Positions 25,801 through 37,906 of a stretch of 64,000 nucleotides of DNA are shown here, piece after piece. A model generated the notes under the pieces. The model did not search any database. It was given only the letters and a program-made list of their open reading frames with translations, and was not told where the DNA came from. Each line of letters starts with the position of its first letter. Within the stretch, counting starts at the first letter, position 1. The translations under genes were made by a program, and so were the position numbers. This stretch comes from Lingula anatina (taxonomy: Eukaryota; Animalia; Brachiopoda). The stretch lies in assembly GCA_051362555.1 (NCBI GenBank), contig CM120645.1, positions 2,790,001 through 2,854,000 on the forward strand, read 5' to 3'.

Positions 25801-28170
25801 AAGCTGGGTACCATCTTTGGACCATTGTCCACTACTCGAAACAATCTGTGTCTGACCAGTGTGGCAGACGGCGATCAGGAGAGTAGCCAGTAAAATGATT
25901 TTGGCCATTTTATCTGTGCTAGTGCTAGACGACTGAATGCCACTGTTTAAACCTCACTCACTGTGACTGTTTTGGAGAATAGGGGTTTATATGTTGAATG
26001 ATAAAGTTTAGATGTGTAGATTTAACCTCTTGAACTGCGTTATGATTAATTATTATTGGTTTTTTGTTGTTTTTTTTTGCACTAATTTTAATGTCATCTA
26101 CTGTCTGGGTTGAAATAAGGTTGTCCATTAGGCAAATTTTCTAATAACTTTGCATAGCGTTGCTGTTGATTACTTAAGTTTATGATAAGTTTCTAGCTGT
26201 TTTTTTATCTTTTAAATTAATTATATGCCTCTATAAATAGACAGAGTTGTTTGTGGTAGTTAGGCATAGATGTGTTAGAACCAAATAGTTTTGGTTTTAA
26301 GGGCTATGATTCTTGTGTTGACAGTCTTGTCATCTTATCATTATTAAATATCCCACATTCTGTGAGAGTTAAGAATTTAATTAAAGATGGTAAATTAATT
26401 GAATATAAAGCTTATGAAATTTGTACTGATAATGTGATAAACATTGGACATTGATATTAGTACATCAGCAACTAATGAATTCATGATGTCCAGACTTTTT
26501 TTAAAGGTACATACGAACCGAGCATCGGTGGAGTTTGGATTCCGAGTAACACATGTAAACCACTTCTACTAGATTCTTATATGACTCAAATAAATTCGAC
26601 ATGCCAAGGGATAAACTGAATAGATCACTCGATCAGCCATAAAAGACCTTTAGACTGCTCCTTTCTTTAAATTTATGGTTGTAAATTTAACCTACTTCCG
26701 TGACCTACTTTCCTGCCCCATTGACATACAGCTTAGAATGCCAGCAGAAAAATCTGTTCAAACATCATTTTCGGGTAAAATTAAACAATGCCTTTTGGTA
26801 ATTCTCTTAGTTATACTACTTGAAACTATATGCTGGCATTTGGTTGGTTTTTGTGACAAAAAATTGACTTTGTATGCATCTTTAAGGCAAAAATGTATGC
26901 ATAAACCTTAAAAAACTCCCACTGTCTAAGTAACTTGCTCCAGCAGAACCAAAGTTTTATACCATGCAATTATAAATTGATATCATTATTATTATTATTA
27001 TTATTGAATGGCATTTGGATGAAATCTGACCCAGTAAAAGATGAGTAGTTAGAATCAGATATATAATTGCAGTGTGGTACAGCAAATTGTCATAAAATGT
27101 TTTATATCTTGTAACCAACTAACAAAAGAAAAAAAAGTGTTAACAGTTGTCTTTAGGTTAAATAGATCATGTTCAGTGAAGCTATAATTGAATTTTCAAC
27201 AAGTATTTTGTACAGAAACAGTAGTGTCATAGTTTGTATCTATAACTTGAATAGGAGATCATATTTGACCAACTTCTTAATATGAAATGCACTAACATAT
27301 TGCTGTATTACTTTGTCAGTTTTCATATTTTAACTGATGTTGGTTGCCTGTACATACGTCAGCTTGAACTGGTTTGTTTCTACATGTGATCAACACAAAG
27401 TTGTTCAGCGGTCGACAAGCTGATGCCCATAAGTACTGTACATTTCCTTAAAACCAACATTGTATATTCTGTAGGTAATAAACTCCGAAGTTGACCAAAC
27501 AGAAATAGGGGACAGTGTGGCAGTGCCTGGGGGTCTCGTCATGGTGACCAGTGATGCCTCCAGCCTGGACAGTGGTGGACACGATGGCTCAGGAGTGACC
27601 ACACACCTGGTGATGTCCTCGGCCGCAGGGTCCTTTGTCCAGTCCAACAGTAATGATGGGGAACTCATGATGACCTCTTTGTCTGGTATGTAGAGGGTTT
27701 TCTTGTTGTCTTTTTATCACAGTTTTTTCATGAATCATTTTTTAAATCATGTCAAAAGAGTCAATATATTCATAGTTGCTGTTTATTGCAGTTATCTCAT
27801 TCAGCTTCACCAGCTCATATAGAACTCCTTTGTATATTATTTTCCTAGCTGTTGACAGATCATTTTCCCCAAATTTCTTGAAAAAGATTATTCATATTTT
27901 TTTACAACCAGTATGTCTTTTTTCTTTCTTGAAGCCTTTTTTCTTAGTAATAATGCAATTGTTATGGTAGAAATGAATATCATTGAGGACAAGATGCTGG
28001 AATATCTTCAAATAAATACACTATCTCCACTAAAGAGATAATCAGTTCTTTATACTTTTCCCCCTACAGACCCCATGCTGCCTTCTGAGAGCTCGGATTT
28101 GATTGGCTCAGCCTCTGATGGAGAAGTTGAAAAGAGTCAATCAGCAGTGGATGATCCTTCAGACTCATGA
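4842..28170 (+). CDS. DMTF1: Cyclin-D-binding Myb-like transcription factor 1 orthologue (~736 aa, 17 coding exons)
   Basis: Exons 4842-4914, 5153-5248, 5515-5628, 5961-6068, 6328-6392, 6713-6803, 7387-7654, 8071-8180, 8604-8672, 9006-9165, 9433-9501, 9890-9972, 10126-10278, 10700-10899, 11341-11580, 27475-27685 and 28070-28170 sum to 2211 nt in frame. The Myb region (KWKQGQWSKEE, EIIFEMSKDERKDFYR, LGRSAASVKDRCRLMKDTCNSGKW, TRSEKQCRTKWLNYLNWK, RSPQWLRGKWW) is near-identical to recalled vertebrate DMTF1. N- and C-termini are acidic. Confidence 0.93.
6957..7192 (+). mobile_element. Short HINE/DINE-1-like non-autonomous Helentron
   Basis: 5' subTIR acctctgccgagg followed by a (GTCT)n microsatellite. 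The 3' end has the complementary ccttgttggaggt, a short hairpin (gctctcggagtgc) and CTAG|TT in a T-run. Confidence 0.65.
7791..7844. repeat. (TG)n microsatellite
   Basis: Perfect dinucleotide run. Confidence 0.95.
10219..10518 (+). repeat. Tandem ~80-90 bp repeats spanning a DMTF1 exon end and splice donor
   Basis: Three to four copies of gtggtacagcaa...ctccatgtacccattactgtacagtcag|gtggg, with donor-like sites after 10278, 10368 and 10448. Confidence 0.85.
11085..11400 (+). repeat. Tandem triplication (~100-110 bp) of a DMTF1 splice acceptor plus exon start
   Basis: ttctgacag|ctyccagactccatgag...cagctgaac occurs three times, with AG ending at 11126, 11228 and 11340. Confidence 0.88.
12104..25908 (-). 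CDS. Secreted coiled-coil + C-type lectin domain protein (~270 aa), nested antisense in a DMTF1 intron
   Basis: Exons 25473-25908 (signal peptide MAKIILLATLLIAVCHTG plus heptad-like neck), 25070-25231 (SWDDAANYCKKIHPQGHLATIQSQGENDFI) and 12104-12318 (FLGGHD..WQWENG..YTNWSPGEPNN..EHC..WNDAYC..FVCE*) sum to 813 nt in frame. GT-AG phase-1 introns; EPN and WND motifs present. Confidence 0.9.
12506..24982 (+). mobile_element. Non-autonomous Helentron (HINE-type) element expanded by an internal satellite array
   Basis: 5' subTIR tattgtaccaccagc (12507-12521) lies within a hairpin (gtaccaccagcg..cgctggcggtac) followed by CCG-rich simple sequence. The 3' subTIR gctggtggtacaata (24934-24948) is followed by stem-loop gaggcggtatcgcctc and a CTAG|TTT end. 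Inserted in a T-rich site with no clear TSD. Confidence 0.8.
13140..24790. repeat. 146-bp satellite (~64 monomers) in 7 sub-arrays with ~330-350 bp spacers; 5224-bp higher-order duplication
   Basis: Monomer starts at 13491, 13637 and 13783 give a 146-bp period. Spacers (catgtaaagccc...) begin at ~13140, 15076, 17157, 18509, 20300, 22381 and 23732. ORF-track pairs are offset by exactly 5224 (14910/20134, 16408/21632, 16991/22215, 18343/23567, 18965/24189). Confidence 0.95.
26500..26885. mobile_element. Kolobok-like MITE
   Basis: ttaa|aggtacatac ... gtatgcatct|ttaa forms an imperfect TIR with TTAA flanks. The internal segment aaaccacttctactag...cagccataaaag recurs at ~30077-30155. Confidence 0.55.
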
Positions 28171-29809
28171 CACCAACAAGCCATAGAAATAGTACAGAAT
28201 GGATAGAAAAGCTTAGGAGTGTAATGTATTGCAATTGTTTGATCATTGAACATTGTGCCTGAACATATGTGTTATATGTGTAAGAAAACACAATGCACCT
28301 GTAGGCGAGGGTTACTGATGACATCAGTCCTGACTTGTGGCATTTATTTTATGGAAATGCTATGGAAATTGTTAAAACTATAGATGTTCACATGGCATCT
28401 ATTTTCCAAACTTGAACAGGGCAAGCTGGGGGCTAACTATCAGTATGATTGCATCTCAACTACCAGTGTTACATTGACTCAATATAACATAGACTGTTGC
28501 TCTTCATAACTGTTAATTCAGTTGTCTATGTATGAAAATGTCGAGGTCCTATTGACCTAATTATTCAGTCTATTTATTGGCATATAAATATATTGTTCTT
28601 TAAATGTTATCATAGGTCTTGTATTATACTTGATGCATGTAGGTCCAGCTATCAGGCATTAAAGTGCATTTTTTATGTAACCAAATATGTGAACATCTGT
28701 TAATGTAACAGCAATGCACATTGCTCGACTATTTTTCAGAGGATGGTTGGGTCATAAAGAAAGCAATTTACTCATATCATAATTTCATAGAAGTGCAGAT
28801 GTCAGTCTTCTAAGCAGTCCAATTTACAAAACTTGCTGTATTATACCGATAGATGTTTGTAAAAGACTTTATGAAACAAATATTAAGAAAATACTTTAGT
28901 AATAGCCATTTGGTGTATTAGGTGTGGGTTTGAGTTTAGTTTAGCCCTTTTCTTCTTGAGATCATCGACTTTGGCTTTTGTTGTGCTTAAATCTACTTTG
29001 GGCAAGGAAAATATCTTTGTAAAGGTCTCTATGTGACTGTGAGATTATGAACATATGTATGTGAACACGGACTTCTTGCTTTACATTGTGCCTTTAAATA
29101 CAAAATTTTGGAATTTTTAAAAATTTTATATTTATTTGAATTTGACTAAAATTGAAAACTTTTTTTACAACCAAAGAACATTCTAGTCAACAACTTAGGT
29201 GTGTGAAATAAACCAAAATGTACAGGACTAGTTTGTTTTTATTTTATTTTATCACCATTTCATACAAGTGTCTAGGACAATGAAATATACATCATATCTC
29301 AAAATCTGGAAAAAAATGTTCACAATTTTTTTTTCTACTGAACATTTGGAAATTGTATTTCCATGCTGTTCATTATATGCTACATAGAGCCTTCTATTTT
29401 TGATCTTTCATGATAGACACTGCCCCACCCCCAAGTAATAACTAAATAAATAAAGTGACTACACAAAACTGTTGAATGTTGATGTGTTCTGCTATGTAGA
29501 CTATAAAAGCTGGAGAACACAAGAAACTACACTTACAAATAAACTATGAATTGAACATGCTCAGTTGCACGCCAATATAAAAGCATAGTGTAAATCAAAG
29601 TTGTTGAATCAACCTTACAAAAGTAAAACGACTTTCAAAACAGGGTTACGAACTTATTTAGATGACATAATAATAACTTGTAAAATGTAACCCTGTACAT
29701 CAGTTTTAGCACCAATATAACAGTACTAGGTCCTTCTCACATCAAGCAGCCTAGGGTTGAAGCACACCCTGTGAGAGATAGAAAACTTGATAATCTAGCT
29801 AAGATTTAC

Positions 29810-30069
29810 TAAGACTGGGTTCCCATGCCTAGGTCGATCTAACTGGATCGATCCATCTCTGAGGGGTTTTCTTGCTAAATTGCTCTCAGCTTAAGCGGCT
29901 TAGATGTCTGGCATGCCTGCTAAAGCTGCTAAATGATAATCATCCCCTAACAGCTTCAGTGGGCGTGACAGACATTTAAGCTGCTTGAGTTAATTGCAAT
30001 TTAGTGAGAATCCCCTTGGAGATAGATTGATCCACAGTTAGTACGACAGTGTCTGGGAATGGTCCCTAA
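29810..30069. mobile_element. MITE-like element, inverted relative to the copy at 2298-2518
   Basis: Quasi-palindromic and shares its internal sequence with 2298-2518. Confidence 0.55.
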
Positions 30070-31157
30070 GGAACATAAACCACTTCTACTAGTTCTGAAA
30101 TAACATTCACATGCCAAGGAATAAACTGAATTAATCACTCAATCAGCCATAAAAGTGCACTAAAATTGCATCTTCAAATTTTTTATCATTTATGTCAAAG
30201 CTCAAAAGTACTTTCTGAGAGTACCTAATGACCTTACCTATTTGTTTTTTCACTCTTCATTAAAGCTGCCTGTTATGCATTTAGCAATCTAAACAAACAT
30301 TTCCTATTCAATGTTTGAAAATGAAATTAAACACTCGTGAAAAAAACTCGTGTTTTTATCTGACCAACCACAAAAGATGTACTTTTACCTCTGAATAAAT
30401 CTATCCCTAACATTTTTCAAAATAACCATACATTAATAACAAAAAAAATTTCAACAATAAAAAACTTAAATTGCGTACTAGAAGTTAAAAAACAAAACAC
30501 CAACAACATAAATAAGATATTCCAAAGTGAAAAAACATTAGGTACCTGTTCGTTACATTTCATAAACAGTGTTTTTGTTTGAAGGACTTAATATGTACTT
30601 AAATATATTTTTATACTTTTAAGGTCAGAATTTGAGTGTGAAACATTACAGGAAATTAGGCATTTTTAATGCAAAAGGGCACATCTTCATAATCCTTTCC
30701 CTAACCATTGCCATTAACATTCGTCAGTTGGAATGTATAAAAAAATCTCTGTGCCATATATATTTTTTATCCCTAATCAAGTTTATATTAAAACAGTCTT
30801 AACATTTATCTTTTGGCAGAATTAAAAAGTAAATTTAGGTTGGCCTTTACAGTAACTGGGTCATGTGAACTTATTGGCAGACAGCCAATTATTACTCTGT
30901 ATACATACATACATACGTCGTTTATGTAATTGCCTTAATACAATGAGATGTAAAACAAACCACGAAAAATTGTGAAAATCTGAGGATCTCAGTTCTTAAT
31001 AGAGATGAGAACATGATAAACAAAAGATCTTCATACACATCCTGAGAACAACAATCTCAGAAACCATTCTGATACATATTTACATAGACACAATATTCAC
31101 AGATTTACAAACAATGCCCCTAATCATTGTATGTGATACACACTATATACAGACAAG

Positions 31158-34100
31158 TTATTTGGTCTTTAAATGAATATACAAGTTACAGCAGACTGCC
31201 AGTAATATGATACAGAATACGTTGAAATAAATAAGTGTCCTGAATTTGGGCTCCAAATCCCCTTGTCTGTACCAGAATATCTGAAAAATCAAAATGAAGA
31301 ACTCGATATCTTTGGCAATTTCAAACAAGTCATGGTGAATGGTGAATTTAAAATATCAATTTCAAAGATGAAATATGATGCAAATTTCTAGTATCTCTGA
31401 TGCAAATTTTGTCAATACCACTTCAATGTCTGAATTGGCAGAACAAGTACAGGCTGATTTAAATTTAATGGACTGGCACTGTTTTATTGGCAATGAGGTA
31501 TACCAGCCCGCTTGGCGCCAGGTGTCGCTAGTGTGAATTCAGTCCTTCCACAGTCGCAATGTTGGATATCATATACGTTGGACTGTGGCACTGGCCTTAA
31601 TAAACATGCCTCAGTATTGTTGTGTACCTGAATGTCAAAGTCGGCAAGGTGGGCATAATTTTCCTGAGGATTCAGGGCTTCGTTTGAAGTGAAGGGTTGC
31701 CCATGTCAACACACCTTCCATGTTAAAAGGACAGTTACAACTTGACCCAGGCCCAGTAATTAGGCCCCTAAAGATAGACGAGTTGCCTCAAAAAGAATAC
31801 ACGTAGAAAGGTTAATTGATCTTGGAAAAACTTATTAAGTTTTGGAAAGAGAGCTCCATAGCAAGAAAGTGCCCCTAGGAAGTACGATTTATCAAAGTGC
31901 GTTTTCTTCTTATGTCCGTAATTTCAGAAGAGTTGTCAGTAAATATACATAAGTGCCGGTAGCCTTCTACCCGCATAAGGTTGTGTTATTAAGTAATATC
32001 CTTTTTTATTGATGTATTGAGCATGACCGGTAATGTTAATTAAATAATTATTTTTATTTAAAAAAATTATTCAGTACATCTTAAGAATCATAAAACTAGG
32101 TATAGTTAGATAATTTATGTGTACATGTATAGATGCAATTTCTCAGCCAATGGAATAATGCATGTTTGGAAATCTTTTTGTAACAGTTTAAGAAATAAAA
32201 TTTAAAGAAAGAAAACATTTTATAAATGAACAGTTTTTCTTCTTTTTTTTTTTTACAAAATAGCATTTCTGAATTGTTTTACTTGAGTAGAGACACCATA
32301 TTATTTCATCGCTCTGAAAATTCATTAAAAAGCAGCAAAACCAAATGTTTTATTTAAACAAAATAATTATTCAGTCCATAGTAAAAACCATGAAACCATG
32401 TAATACTTAGATAATTTATTTGTGCTATAACTTTCCTGATTATATAGCTGCAATTTCTCAGCCAATGGATTACTGTAGGTATGGAAAACTTTTTGTAACA
32501 GTTTAAGAAGTAAAAATTAAAGAAAGCAAACATTTTACAAATGAACAGTTTTTTTGTTCCTTTTTACAAAATAGTACTTATGAATTATTTTACTTGAATA
32601 GAACCACCACATTATGTCAGCACTTTGAAAATTCTTTTAAAAGCAGAAAAACCAAATTATTTGCTGTAAATACAACTATCAAATTATTTCATCCCACTAA
32701 AAATACTTTACAAAATAGCATCATAGTTTTTTCTCATTACAGTTAAATATTATTAAAAACAGCATAAACACATAAGTACTTTTTGTAAAGAATATAGCAC
32801 CACCAAATTATTTCATTTTAGTTAAAACATTTTTTTTTTTAAATGGCACTGCAAAATACATGCAGAAAAATATCCAGTGTCAGAATGAATCAACCCCACA
32901 AACAGATCTTTAAATGTAAACACAACAAAATAGCAGAATGGGCGATTCGTAATGAACATCTGGCCTTCTAACTGAGTAAAGTATTTGCAGGTTTTCTTTA
33001 GGCCCAGATTCGTGCACGAGATACACATTCAAAAAGGGGAAATCAGGTCCGGGTCCAACTGTCATGTGTCTGCAACGGTTTTGGACACAACAATGATTCA
33101 TACAGTTTGTTTATATACTTCTTCTCTGTAGCTGCAATTATCTCTCCAAATCTTGAGGCAGTGATCCGCCATTGTCTCTCCTTGTGTCAGATTGCGCTCT
33201 TTCCTTGTTATAACTTGCTTACTCAGTGTCCTTCGCTGTTTGTTCCTCAACCTGAAATATTCATATCCCATTAAAGCATGGTAGATGGTTACAGCATTAA
33301 ATAGATACAATTTAGATTAGTTTAGATACAATATTATAATTCTATGATGTCACCTATCACCTAGTTTGATAATTCTTTCTCATATTTGTGCCCGATTCTT
33401 AATAGTAGACCTCTGTTTTCACTTACATCATTCCCTCTATCCATGCTTTATTCTTTTCATGGCACTTGGCAATAGTTGTTGTCCATCACAGCCGCCTGTA
33501 AGTCAGCTTTAGGGTAGGCATTACTGGTGGCTACATCAATCTTTGCCGCTGATGTGAAGTGATAGGTAAGATTCCTGAAGTAATCATTTTATCCTGCTCT
33601 TGAAGTTGGCTGTCCTGGGGTCCTGAAATCGACAGTTTCAGGCTTTGCCCCCGATATATGGGCCTTCTTTGGGTAACCTTATAAAGAAAATAAATAAGTA
33701 CATTTACTAAGTATAAAAATCTTTCGTGCTACTAAAACAAAATATGAGCGTAGGCCTACTCGTACCTACAGTAGTCTACATGTACATGTACATAACATGT
33801 CAGATTTGACACACACACCTCGACTAATTTTTGATTTTTTCAAGGAAAATAGTTAGCATTCGTGTTTTTCAAGCACTTAATGAAAAGAAAACACATACCT
33901 TCCAGTCAATTCACATTTTCATCCAGATGTTATGGCACCACATTCAAGTAAATTGCGTTTGAGTTGGTTCACTGTCAGCGACGCGTGCACACGCTCCATG
34001 TTAAACTCTGGTGTAAAGCCGTGAGCGAGATTCTGCGAGATTTTAGAAGGACTGCTTTCACCCCCACGCCATCTAGCGGCAGACCCTTAAAGCGGGTATT

Positions 34101-35356
34101 CCCCATTATCATTAAATTTTTACTGTATCTTCTTGACTTCAATAATTATACCCAATAAGAACTTCAAACTTTATGTGGTTGAATGTACATCAGGAGGGAA
34201 TTCCAAATCTAGCAGCATACTGAGCATACTATATGAAATATTGTGAAATTAAAATGAAGGCTTTTTCACATTTCAGATTTGATGTTATGAACTAACAATA
34301 CAGCTGCACTGTTTTGTTTTGAGAGATTGAGAACTTAATTGCCAGTCTTAATTGCCAAAGACAGGGCCATTCAGAATAGATGATCCGAGTACTAACTGAT
34401 CCTCTGACTAAATATGGCTGACCCGCTGATTCCCAATGGTCACCCAACATCCATTCTGAATGGCCCTTAAGATCTAATGATTGGTTCGAAAAGGCCTCGT
34501 ATCATCATTTTGAAATAGATACTTACCAGCACCGAGTTAGCTCCACAAACTAATAATATACAGCTGGCAAAATAAATATTCACAGGATCTGGAGGCCATT
34601 GTGGGAAAACAAATGCACTGATTAGTGTAACCTGAAACAAGTTTCAAAGAAGTCTTATCTGTTTGGGATTTTTAAAAGAGACAGAATATTATGTATTTAA
34701 CATTTGAAATTGAATCTCATCAGCAGTGCCAGTAGATACGTGACTCTCTAAATCCATTACCAGGGGGGGATGTTTTATATAAGAGCAGTAACTGAGGAAC
34801 TGATCTAAACTTTAATTCTAAAATTTATTTCCCCTCCTACATAAGGTAAACTAGCAGATGAGTATGAAGAAATGAAATATTGCACCTATGATATAAGATA
34901 GGAGCCATGCTTTATGTTTCAGAATAATACTTACTAGAACTTACTAGACTGCAATAGATTTTATCTTTTACTGATATATAATTGTACAAACTGCCCTATG
35001 CACAAAATATACAGAACCTTTCTCTGGTGATAAATGACACTTACCAGTACAAGTATTAGTGTTACGAGTCCAAGCACGAGGTTGAAAACCCGGTCCTGAA
35101 AATAAGAATAAAATATAATAAAATAGAATATAAAATAGAATAAAATTTTGCATGCTACATTCATGATTACACTTATATAGACCTGAAACATACTTTTGAT
35201 TAAAACATTCATTTTAAAAGCTCCTGGCAGATATTAATTTCTAAGGTATATATTAAATATAAGCTCAATAAAAATATACATTTAAATATTTACCCTTGGT
35301 CTGGTCTCTCCAAAGAGGGGTTTGTCTGCTCCAATATCATCATATCTTCCTGCCAT
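31158..35356 (-). CDS. TMEM243: Transmembrane protein 243 (~113 aa, 4 coding exons)
   Basis: Exons 35294-35356 (MAGRYDDIGADKPLFGETRPR), 35045-35095 (DRVFNLVLGLVTLILVL), 34527-34631 (VTLISAFVFPQWPPDPVNIYFASCILLVCGANSVL) and 31158-31280 (IFWYRQGDLEPKFRTLIYFNVFCIILLAVCCNLYIHLKTK*). PLFGET, VTLISAFVFPQ and WYRQGDLEPKFR match recalled human TMEM243. The ORF track largely misses this gene. A probable non-coding first exon lies near 36977-37100. Confidence 0.93.
31495..34104. mobile_element. Decayed ISL2EU-like (PIF/Harbinger-related) DNA transposon in a TMEM243 intron
   Basis: Ends at|gaggtatacc and ggtattcccc|at give an AT TSD with a degenerate TIR. The plus strand has a THAP start at ~31606 (MPQYCCVPEC..HNFPEDSGLRLK*). 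The minus strand has a YqaJ-like exonuclease fragment (YFTQLEGQMFITNRPFCYFVVFT, 32822-33028). Multiple stops; the DDE core is not visible. Confidence 0.62.
34363..34467. mobile_element. Mini-MITE with perfect 15-bp TIR
   Basis: agggccattcagaat ... attctgaatggccct. Confidence 0.55.
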
Positions 35357-37906
35357 AGTCTTACTATTGTGGTCTACAGAACCTGAAACACCAGACAAAC
35401 AGGGTTTTTTATCAGGGATATCGAGGACTATTTTATGTCATGCCATAAACTACAGACACCACCTGCAAACAAATTGTCAACTACATTTTAACCAGTTAAT
35501 TTCTAGAGGTAAACTCTGTTCAGTTGACACACTGAAATGAATTTAGCACAAAGATTGTGGTCAAAAATTTCAATTCATCAAAATCCTGAACCTAAAAATA
35601 ATCTTATAATCTAACTGAAATCAAAATTAGGTCCTTCTAAATAAAACTCAAATCCCTTTGAAATTCTTTAAAATCCATAATAACAAAGAAAGCTGCATGA
35701 ATATGTTTCACATTAAAAAAAAATCTCTCATGTACTCTGAACTAAAGTTATTATGCTAGTATCCTGGTAAATAATCCAAATTACTAACTTTCTGTCATTT
35801 TTTATCTTTTGAGTAATCCCAATTATAAAAAACTGTCCTCCTGTGTCATTACTAGCACTAGTAAGCTGCCACCAGTTCACACTCCTTGAAAGCCTACTGG
35901 ACTTAAATAGAGGTTCCTTGGTACATAGATGACATAGCATGTGCAGACAGAGACCTGAGGCAGCAGTAGCAAGGTGGGGTAGAGAAAAGGGGGGGGGGGA
36001 GCAAACAAACCACCCTTTGACCGAGATATGTCTTATCTGAAACAAAATCTGATCAAGATCCTTTGCCATTTCAAATTAAGAAATAAGTTTTGCAGTAAAA
36101 AAAAATCCACTTTGTTTAGAAGAGTATGCCAAACTCCCTTTGCTATTGCTAGCCATAAACCTATGGTCACAGTTATACATATGATCAAAAGTGTTCACCC
36201 AACATATACACTGTAGTCATATATTCTTGATGTGAGATAATAAAGAATGTAAAGAATGATATACTGCTTATAGAATCATATGGGATCATAAGAACCACCA
36301 AAGGATGGCAGTATTAATAAATCAGGCCTGGCATTCTCAGGATATATTTATAGTCACCATTCCATTCAAACATAAATCTATTACTGGTGTGAAAAAATGG
36401 TAGTCCAAGAAGTAAATCAACCTCTAAGGCCCCAAATGATCAATACAGGATCTAGCTGTACATATTGAGTCAGTATATGGAATGAATGGCACACGTACAA
36501 CTAATGAGAAATGGACTACAATTAATTGTGGACACCATATTCCTTTCACACAAAACCAACAATTATAATTTACACAGAGCATTGTTGTGGCCAGTTATGT
36601 ATAAAATTTGCCGAAAACTAGTTCAAGTTTTACATTCCAAAACTGGCCCCCTTCAAGTTCAAAATAAAACCATATTGGCTGACTTTCAGTGTTGGCTATT
36701 GGTTTTTAATGCATTCACCTTCTTTATTTTATTTATTTATTTTTATTTATTTATTTTTTCACTTTCGTAAATGTTATACTGGATTCAATATGATCAAACT
36801 GTCAAAATAAAACTCAACTTTGGTCTTAAAGTCTAGCCTTATTATCAGGCTTAAGTTCCATGCCCAGCAGCAAACATTACAGATATGATCATAATTTATA
36901 TGGCAAAGCCGGCTAAGTTACACAGTGTCAGTGGCAGTAGTGGTCAGTGTGCACAACGTAAACAGCTTGACCTCACCGTTGTAAAAGACGGGTAACAGTT
37001 TCCACGTACAAAAATAGCAATACAGAATGAATTAACAACATATTTACCTAGTGTTCTAAGTCTGTTTTCTTTTTTAAATCATGTCGTTGTATATTGTTGC
37101 CTTAAAGTAAAAAAGAAATTAGGAATGTCCCTTTCCCTCAGGTGACAGCTTTAATTTTATGTAAAGCTAGTCCCTTTTTATTAAAAAAAGTTTTACATAC
37201 TGCAAGAAATCATATCAAGGTGTATATTTTTATAAATACTTTTATATTATAAAATATCAATAAAAGTTATTATTTCATGTAAAAATTTATTTGATTTGTG
37301 GTTTTATTTGTTTTATTGGAAAACATTTTTTTACAAAACTAATGCAACTATTACACTTAACGCTGCTTTATTGCCCCAATAAAACAAGTTAAAAATAGAA
37401 CGTAGGTCTTGCACAAGCAGTAGAAAGTTGGATCATCGAACGGTATTAATATGAAGTTAGGATATACATCTGTCAGTATTCCAAAACAGAAAACAAGGAG
37501 AAGAAACGAAGAAAAGGGGAGAATATTTATACAGGTACTGTTGTTGGCATGACATATAATTTTAAGGTAGAAATATATTTTACTAAATCATAAATTATGC
37601 GGAAGTATATACAAAAGAAACCCCTCGTTCTTTGCATTTGAAATGCATGATTTGAAATGCTGAATTAGAGCAAGCTAAAATGTTAATTAAAGTGATGTGA
37701 AGTTTAAATATATATATTGATTATGCTGCCTATTGCTAGTTTTGCTGTTGGGAAATGTATTTTGCATGTGACATTTACTCTAATTATTATTGAAATTTAT
37801 TAACATCCTTGCATATCTAGATCTACAGGTACTTAGAAGTTAGAATGTAAATATTGCTATCATTGTCTTGCGGTTCTATTCAGATAACAAAGACAAAGCT
37901 TCAAAT

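Noticed and set aside
27405-27668. Minus-strand 87-aa ORF
   Set aside because: Antisense to the DMTF1 exon 27475-27685, which has proper splice sites and phase.
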